Shown here piece by piece: positions 58,563 through 64,000 of a stretch of DNA of 64,000 nt; within the stretch, counting starts at the first letter, position 1, and each line of letters begins with the position of its first letter. The translations under genes and the position numbers were made by a program. A model generated the notes under the pieces. The model did not search any database. It saw only the letters and a program-made list of their open reading frames with translations, and was not told the DNA's origin. Source of the stretch: an archaeon (GTDB lineage: Archaea; Nanobdellota; Nanobdellia; Pacearchaeales; UBA284); NCBI GenBank assembly GCA_020343435.1, contig CP070794.1, forward strand, positions 583,712-647,711, in the 5' to 3' direction.

Positions 58563-61500
58563 GGATTTCAGGGGCAGAAAAAAGGAGTTAGTTAAACTCA
58601 GAAAGATAAGTAAAAATCATTCTAGCGAGAGAGAAATCTCTGGAGTCATTAAAAGAGAGATACTCCAAATTAAAAGACTTCCTAAAATAAAAGTAGAAAA
58701 GGAAAAAAGTTTTCAAAATACTTTAAAAATACTCATTCCCCTTGCTGTTATCCTCTTAATTCTCTTTTTATTTTTAGGTCCACAAATAGTAGATCTTACT
58801 GGATTAACTATTCGAACTTCAGTAACATATCAAGATGATCTTAATCTTAATTTCACAAATCTGACATCCTATCAATGGGTTTTAGAAAATCATGGTCAAT
58901 TAAAAAGCGCAAGAGTATCAGGAGAACTGACTCTTATTGGAGAGGGTTCTGTAAGGATTTATTTAGGAGATAAATTAATCCTTAATAGTTCTCAACTAAA
59001 TGAAACGATTAGTGAAAACCAGGGAGGATTTATTACTGGCCTCTCTGTTTTAGAAGGAGAAGCAACAGAAACACAAGGAACAGTAGAACAAACTGTAACT
59101 GAAGTTGAGGTTCCAGTTGAGAAAGAAACAGTTCCTAAAGAAGATTTTTCTGCCCCTGAAGAGGAATCCATACAAGCAGAAGAAACTCCTGAAGAGGAAC
59201 CAGTAGAGCCCTCTCCTGAAGAAATAGTAGAAACCCCTCCCCCTAAAGAAGAAGCAGAAGGAAAAAACATAACAGAAGAAATCAGCAAAGAACCAGTATT
59301 AGAAGAAGAAATCCCAGCTGAAAATATTAGTGAAGGACCAATATTAGAAGAAGAAAACATAACAGAAGAAAGCAATATTACTATTGAAGAGAACATCACT
59401 GAACAAAACATAACTTCAGAAAATGAAACCAATATAACTCTAGAAGAAAACATAACAGAAGAAATCAGCGAAGAACCAGTATTAGAAGAAGAAAACATAA
59501 CTGAAGAGATTGAAGAAATTAAAGAGACAATAAAAATAAGAACCATCAAATTTTCTGATATTTGTGTTGATACATGTAATTTAGAAGGTTTAGATCTAAA
59601 CAAAGAAGAGTATACTTTAAGATTTGAAGTAGAGAACTCAACTGGTTTTTTAAATTCAATTAGTTATGAGATCTATGAAGTAGAAGAAATTATAGAAGAA
59701 AGAGTAAATTACACTCAATATAGGAAAATACAAGATGATCCTAATTTTGATGTATTTATCAATTCTAGTTTTTTAGAAGAAAATAATTTATTTGTTATTT
59801 TTTATCATGATTCTCCTGAAGCTCAAAAAATTAGAGTTAATGGAAGTGTTGATTTTAATTTAGATAAAGAAATTTCTTTACAAAACGAATTTGTAACCCT
59901 TATTGTTTATAACTACAACAACGAATATTTTGAATTAGCTGTTGGAAACGAAACTGAAATTCTAGTTTTCGGAGAAGAACCTCCTTCCTTTGAAGAAATT
60001 TCTTTCAAAAGAAGATTAGATTGTCATAGATGTGGTCAACATAAAGTTCCTCCTTTAACTGAGGTTAATATGATAATAACAGCAGAGTTTGAAGGAACTT
60101 TACAAAATATAACTTTCTCAGATTATTATAGTAATGAATGGCAAGTAACGAATTCTAATAACGGAACAATAGAAGAATATAATGATACTTATAATAAAAT
60201 ATCATGGTTTATTGAAAGTGCAACAAACACAATAGAAAGATCATATATAATATCTAGTCCTGAGAGAACTCTTCCCCCTACTAAATATTACTTTTTCTCA
60301 GAACTAGGAAATCAAACAAGTGATATATGGGATGTTATTGTCTCAGATCCAACAAATAACAGGCAATACTATCTTCAAGGAGATTCTGGAACAGGTCCTG
60401 GAATAGCAGGATCTTTGCAATTAACCCAAGGTTCTGCAATAGCACAAAGAACCATCTTAAATGATGGTGAAGAAGCAATTTGGGTTAGATCTGCTTATAC
60501 TGTAAATACAACTCTCCCAATCCAGACTTTTGATGTAGAGGTTTGGTGTAATAGAACAGGAACAGCTGGAGGAGCAAAAGTCATATTAAAGGAGTTCAAT
60601 GTTTATGATTGTGCAGATTCTTCTTGTGCAGATAAAACAGCAGTTTGTTTTGTTACTGGTTTAACCCTTGATTGCTACTCTGCAATCCCAATAATGGTGA
60701 GCCCTTCATGTACATCTGTTGGTGAATATAATATTACCTTAGGAAGATATTTAGCAATGGGATTAACTTTAGATAAAAACAAAGCTCCTGGAGTAAACTT
60801 ATTCTTCAATGATTCTTCCAGTTATCCTTCACATATCAATTTAAAAGAAACATGGGCAGACCAGACTCCTCCCCAGATTTCAAATACAGCAGTTAATGCA
60901 ACTCTTGTAAATGTTAGTGATACTATCTGTATTAATGTTACAGTAACTGATCCTGGAACAGTAGATAAAGTATGGGCCCAAATAACTTCTCCAAAAGGAA
61001 CTGTAGGAAATTCTTCCTTCTTTTCTGATACAGGTTCTTGTGCAGGAGGAGCAGGAGATGATATCTATTCTTTAGATCTTGGTGCTGGAGAATTTGGGGG
61101 AAATTTAACAATTAATACAACTTTTGCTAATGATACTTCAACTAACGTAGGTAATGAAATACCTTGGCCAAATTTACAAGTTCAGGTTTTATCTTCAGAT
61201 CCAAATGTTACAATTAAATGGCCAACTAATGATTCTCAACATGGAAATGGAACTTTTTATGTTGTGTATAATGTTAGTGATAATGAAAATGTCTCTAATT
61301 GTTCTTTGATTAATGGGTTAACTCATACTATTCTTGAAACAGATGATACTATCTGGAAAAATGTTTCACAGATATTTAATAGAAATGTTGCTGCAGAAGG
61401 AACTTTTAGCATATATATTAATTGTACTGATGATGGTGGACATGTTGGTTCAAGCGAAAATATCACATTTCATCTAAATGCATCTAAAGCAGATATTTAT

Positions 61501-64000
61501 ACTAAAATAAAAGATTCAGAGTGGAATGATCTAAATACAACCATCGTTTTTGAACAAGAGGGATCAGAGATTTATAATAATACAGATGTAGAACATTATT
61601 TCACAGTTGATGATGGTTTTTATAATATAACAATAATGCCAGAACTAGCGCCAAATCAAAGTATTGGGTCAATTTACCTTGAGAATTTTAATTTAACAAA
61701 CAATATAGCAAGAAAACTTATAGATATTGATGGGCATACTAATTTCAGCAAATATAAGTTTCCAAGAACTTTTGCAATAGATCCAACAGCAATAAATTTT
61801 ACAAATGCAACAGTAACTTTTTACCCAATTGGGAGAAGATTATACAAATGTTCAGACTGGAACTTCACAACAAGCACTTGTCAAGGAGACTGGGTTTTAA
61901 TAGATCCTTACGTGATTCCTGGCCAAGAGTATACTTTAACTATTACTTCTGATGACCCTGCTCTTGGAGAAATTGTAATAACTAATGCTGAACATTTAAA
62001 TGAAACTCGTGATCTTATCTCAAATATTTATAATGAAACTAAAGCACAAGATGGAAACTGGTCAGAACCAATTTATCATAATGAATATGTTAGAGTAATG
62101 TTTATAACAAATCTTACTTCTGATAAAGATATTACTGTATATGTTAGAAACAATGGTTCAACTAATACAAGTATTGAAATTTATTATTTTAATTCAACAG
62201 AAAAGATAGATGAATTTCCAGTGATAAATGAAACAGGTTATTATAAAATTTTACTAACTAATATGACTGGTTCAAATGATATTTTTGATTTAAAAATAAA
62301 GGATATAGATAATAATTCTTCTGCATTTCTTGAATTTGATCATATAGTTGATCCAGTTCTTCTGCAACCAGAAGGAGATAATCAAGTAGGTTTTTTAGTT
62401 TTTCCATCAGACCCTCATTTTCAACAAGTTAGTGATGGTGATCCTAATACTTATGTTTATGAGCAAACTGCTCAAGTTTTTGACCTCTATGATATGAGTG
62501 ATACTTTCTTAACTGCAGGAACAGTTGTGATAGAGAATATAACAGTAACTGCTGTAGCTTATAGATATTCCGCTAATCAAAAAAGAATGCTGATTATGAT
62601 AAAAAGTGGAGAAACAGAAGACTTTAGTTCAGAATTTGTTCTTGGTTCTACTGCTGCTGAACAGAATTACACATGGACTACAGATCCAGGTAGTGTAGGA
62701 GGTAGTAGTGCTTGGACTGTTGATGCACTTGATCAGTTATTAGCAGGAGTAAAGCTTCCAGATTCAGCACCAGGAGCATATGTAACTGAATTTTATATTA
62801 CTGTGTATTATATCCCAGATGATATTGATCCAGTAGTCAATCTAAATTCTCCTATTGATAATTACAACACCTCAAACCAAACAATTGATTTCAATTGTAC
62901 TGTATATGATAATCTTCAATTAACAAATGTTTCATTATTTGGTAATTGGTCAGGGGGATGGCATAGGAATGAAACAAATACAAGTGGAATTAATAATACT
63001 CCTTATGTTTTCACAAAAACAATCCCAGAAGGAATCTATAAATGGAATTGTGAAGGTTGTGATTTCGCAGACAATTGTGGTTTTAATTCAACAAATAGAA
63101 CACTTACTATTGATACAACCAATGCAACTGCTTCATTTGGAGCAAATCCTGCAAATGAATCCACAGATACTGACGGAACAGTAACTTTTGATCTTAAATG
63201 TTCAGATAACTTTGTATTAAACACATTGCAGTTATGGACAAATACAACAGGAACCTGGCATGCAAATCAAACAAATTCATCTCCAATAAACGATAGCTAC
63301 TGGAATGTTACTGTTAGTGATTTAGCAGATGGAACTTATATCTGGGGAGTCTACTGTAATGATTCTGCTAATAATACCGATTGGACAGGAAATAGGACAC
63401 TTACTGTTAACACAGGTAACCCACCAACAATCGATGATATATCCCCTATCTCTGATCAAAGTATTACAGAAGGAGGAATAACTAATGTAACTTTTTTTGT
63501 TAATGTTTCAGATGAGCAAGGAACTGGAACAATAAATATAGTTAATGCAACATTTACAAAAACTGGAGATGATCAAAGGTTTAATGCAAGCTGTGAAGAT
63601 ATTGGAGATCTAAACTCAACACAAGCAAATTATTCATGTACTATTGGGGTATATTACTGGGATGGATCTGGAACATGGGATGTCAATGCTACAGCAAATG
63701 ATTCTACAGCATTAGTTTCAACAGCTTATAATGAAACTTTTGTATTACAAGAAACAACAGCACTTGAAACAACTCCTGCTACTTTAAATTTTCCAGTATT
63801 CATTCCAGGAGCAACAAATGAAACTGCAACCAATGATCCTTCTTTATTAAATAATACAGGTAATAAAAATATATCAGATGGAAGTATTGAACTTAATGCA
63901 ACTGATTTAGTAGGGATGCCCGATACTGCTTACTCCATTTATGCTTCAAACTTCACAGTTGATGTTGATACAGGAGGATCACCTCCTGCAGAATGTGATG
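58561..64000 (+). CDS. Giant membrane-anchored, heavily sequon-decorated surface protein (3'-partial, more than 1813 aa)
   Basis: I translated this frame by hand from ATG 58561 to the window end and found no stop codon. It is absent from the ORF track because it is open-ended. It has a basic N-terminus, one TM helix (ILIPLAVILLILFLFLGP), an acidic E/P-rich repeat region and then Asn/Thr/Ser-rich beta-type modules with conserved Cys/Trp. I counted about 100 N-X-S/T sequons by hand. Confidence 0.85.
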   Translation, partial: MDFRGRKKELVKLRKISKNHSSEREISGVIKREILQIKRLPKIKVEKEKSFQNTLKILIPLAVILLILFLFLGPQIVDLTGLTIRTSVTYQDDLNLNFTNLTSYQWVLENHGQLKSARVSGELTLIGEGSVRIYLGDKLILNSSQLNETISENQGGFITGLSVLEGEATETQGTVEQTVTEVEVPVEKETVPKEDFSAPEEESIQAEETPEEEPVEPSPEEIVETPPPKEEAEGKNITEEISKEPVLEEEIPAENISEGPILEEENITEESNITIEENITEQNITSENETNITLEENITEEISEEPVLEEENITEEIEEIKETIKIRTIKFSDICVDTCNLEGLDLNKEEYTLRFEVENSTGFLNSISYEIYEVEEIIEERVNYTQYRKIQDDPNFDVFINSSFLEENNLFVIFYHDSPEAQKIRVNGSVDFNLDKEISLQNEFVTLIVYNYNNEYFELAVGNETEILVFGEEPPSFEEISFKRRLDCHRCGQHKVPPLTEVNMIITAEFEGTLQNITFSDYYSNEWQVTNSNNGTIEEYNDTYNKISWFIESATNTIERSYIISSPERTLPPTKYYFFSELGNQTSDIWDVIVSDPTNNRQYYLQGDSGTGPGIAGSLQLTQGSAIAQRTILNDGEEAIWVRSAYTVNTTLPIQTFDVEVWCNRTGTAGGAKVILKEFNVYDCADSSCADKTAVCFVTGLTLDCYSAIPIMVSPSCTSVGEYNITLGRYLAMGLTLDKNKAPGVNLFFNDSSSYPSHINLKETWADQTPPQISNTAVNATLVNVSDTICINVTVTDPGTVDKVWAQITSPKGTVGNSSFFSDTGSCAGGAGDDIYSLDLGAGEFGGNLTINTTFANDTSTNVGNEIPWPNLQVQVLSSDPNVTIKWPTNDSQHGNGTFYVVYNVSDNENVSNCSLINGLTHTILETDDTIWKNVSQIFNRNVAAEGTFSIYINCTDDGGHVGSSENITFHLNASKADIYTKIKDSEWNDLNTTIVFEQEGSEIYNNTDVEHYFTVDDGFYNITIMPELAPNQSIGSIYLENFNLTNNIARKLIDIDGHTNFSKYKFPRTFAIDPTAINFTNATVTFYPIGRRLYKCSDWNFTTSTCQGDWVLIDPYVIPGQEYTLTITSDDPALGEIVITNAEHLNETRDLISNIYNETKAQDGNWSEPIYHNEYVRVMFITNLTSDKDITVYVRNNGSTNTSIEIYYFNSTEKIDEFPVINETGYYKILLTNMTGSNDIFDLKIKDIDNNSSAFLEFDHIVDPVLLQPEGDNQVGFLVFPSDPHFQQVSDGDPNTYVYEQTAQVFDLYDMSDTFLTAGTVVIENITVTAVAYRYSANQKRMLIMIKSGETEDFSSEFVLGSTAAEQNYTWTTDPGSVGGSSAWTVDALDQLLAGVKLPDSAPGAYVTEFYITVYYIPDDIDPVVNLNSPIDNYNTSNQTIDFNCTVYDNLQLTNVSLFGNWSGGWHRNETNTSGINNTPYVFTKTIPEGIYKWNCEGCDFADNCGFNSTNRTLTIDTTNATASFGANPANESTDTDGTVTFDLKCSDNFVLNTLQLWTNTTGTWHANQTNSSPINDSYWNVTVSDLADGTYIWGVYCNDSANNTDWTGNRTLTVNTGNPPTIDDISPISDQSITEGGITNVTFFVNVSDEQGTGTINIVNATFTKTGDDQRFNASCEDIGDLNSTQANYSCTIGVYYWDGSGTWDVNATANDSTALVSTAYNETFVLQETTALETTPATLNFPVFIPGATNETATNDPSLLNNTGNKNISDGSIELNATDLVGMPDTAYSIYASNFTVDVDTGGSPPAECD
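59266..59494 (+). repeat. Intragenic direct repeats encoding ENITEEIS(K/E)EPVLEEE
   Basis: Two 46-nt copies at 59266-59311 and 59449-59494 differ at 1 position. Shorter AACATAAC(A/T)GAAGA units (encoding N-I-T-E-E) recur in and next to this span at about 59356, 59405 and 59483. Confidence 0.85.

Noticed and set aside
59266-59494. Direct repeats considered as a possible CRISPR-like or satellite array
   Set aside because: The repeats are in frame within a long ORF, encode a repeated peptide, vary in spacing and have no spacer-like unique segments or cas genes nearby.
58992-59603. 203-aa Ser/Val/Phe-rich minus-strand ORF from the track
   Set aside because: It lies antisense to the acidic repeat region of the giant plus-strand ORF. 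Its low-complexity translation is the mirror image of GAA/GAG-rich coding sequence. It has no promoter or RBS support.
62927-63224. Track ORFs 62927-63184(+) and 63036-63224(-)
   Set aside because: Both lie fully inside the giant ORF (frame of 58561) in other frames, so they are shadow ORFs.

Overview
This is an AT-rich, very gene-dense archaeal chromosome segment. In hand-sampled lines most genes run about 20-30% GC. Short or absent intergenic spacers, many 4-nt ATGA gene overlaps and Lys/Ile/Asn-rich proteins suggest a small-genome, DPANN-like archaeon. The archaeal assignment rests on eL19, eL32, eS4, eL33, eL43, eS17, Alba, RpoP, prefoldin alpha/beta, SepF, AglB/STT3, EndoQ, Bud32 and an archaeal DUF106 insertase next to SecY. 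The window has four parts. (1) 1.4-21.1 kb is a large N-glycosylation/surface-glycan island. It holds AglB, AglH, a split Alg14/Alg13-like pair, four further glycosyltransferases, two flippases, a methyltransferase, sugar-nucleotide enzymes and three radical SAM enzymes. (2) 23.5-37.5 kb is a co-directional minus-strand ribosomal-protein superoperon running uL3 through uL15-SecY-DUF106-prefoldin alpha. A DEDDh exonuclease gene is wedged between uL4 and uL23, and there is no Rpp29 gene in its usual slot. (3) 37.6-58.3 kb is a housekeeping/accessory mix. It includes six tRNA genes, eL33, uL11, eL43, RpoP, SepF, a truncated Dph2, Dph6, ProRS, HisRS, EndoQ, a secreted SNase and tandem CDP-alcohol phosphatidyltransferases. 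It also holds a full-length bacterial-type DnaA-like AAA+ protein next to an unusual tRNA-Arg(ACG). (4) An open reading frame runs from 58561 to the window end (more than 1813 aa) and is absent from the supplied ORF track. It encodes a membrane-anchored giant surface protein with roughly 100 N-X-S/T sequons. No rRNA, CRISPR array, transposase or integrase was seen. TATA-like boxes sit at a near-constant distance from mature tRNA 5' ends and from start codons, which suggests largely leaderless tRNAs and mRNAs.
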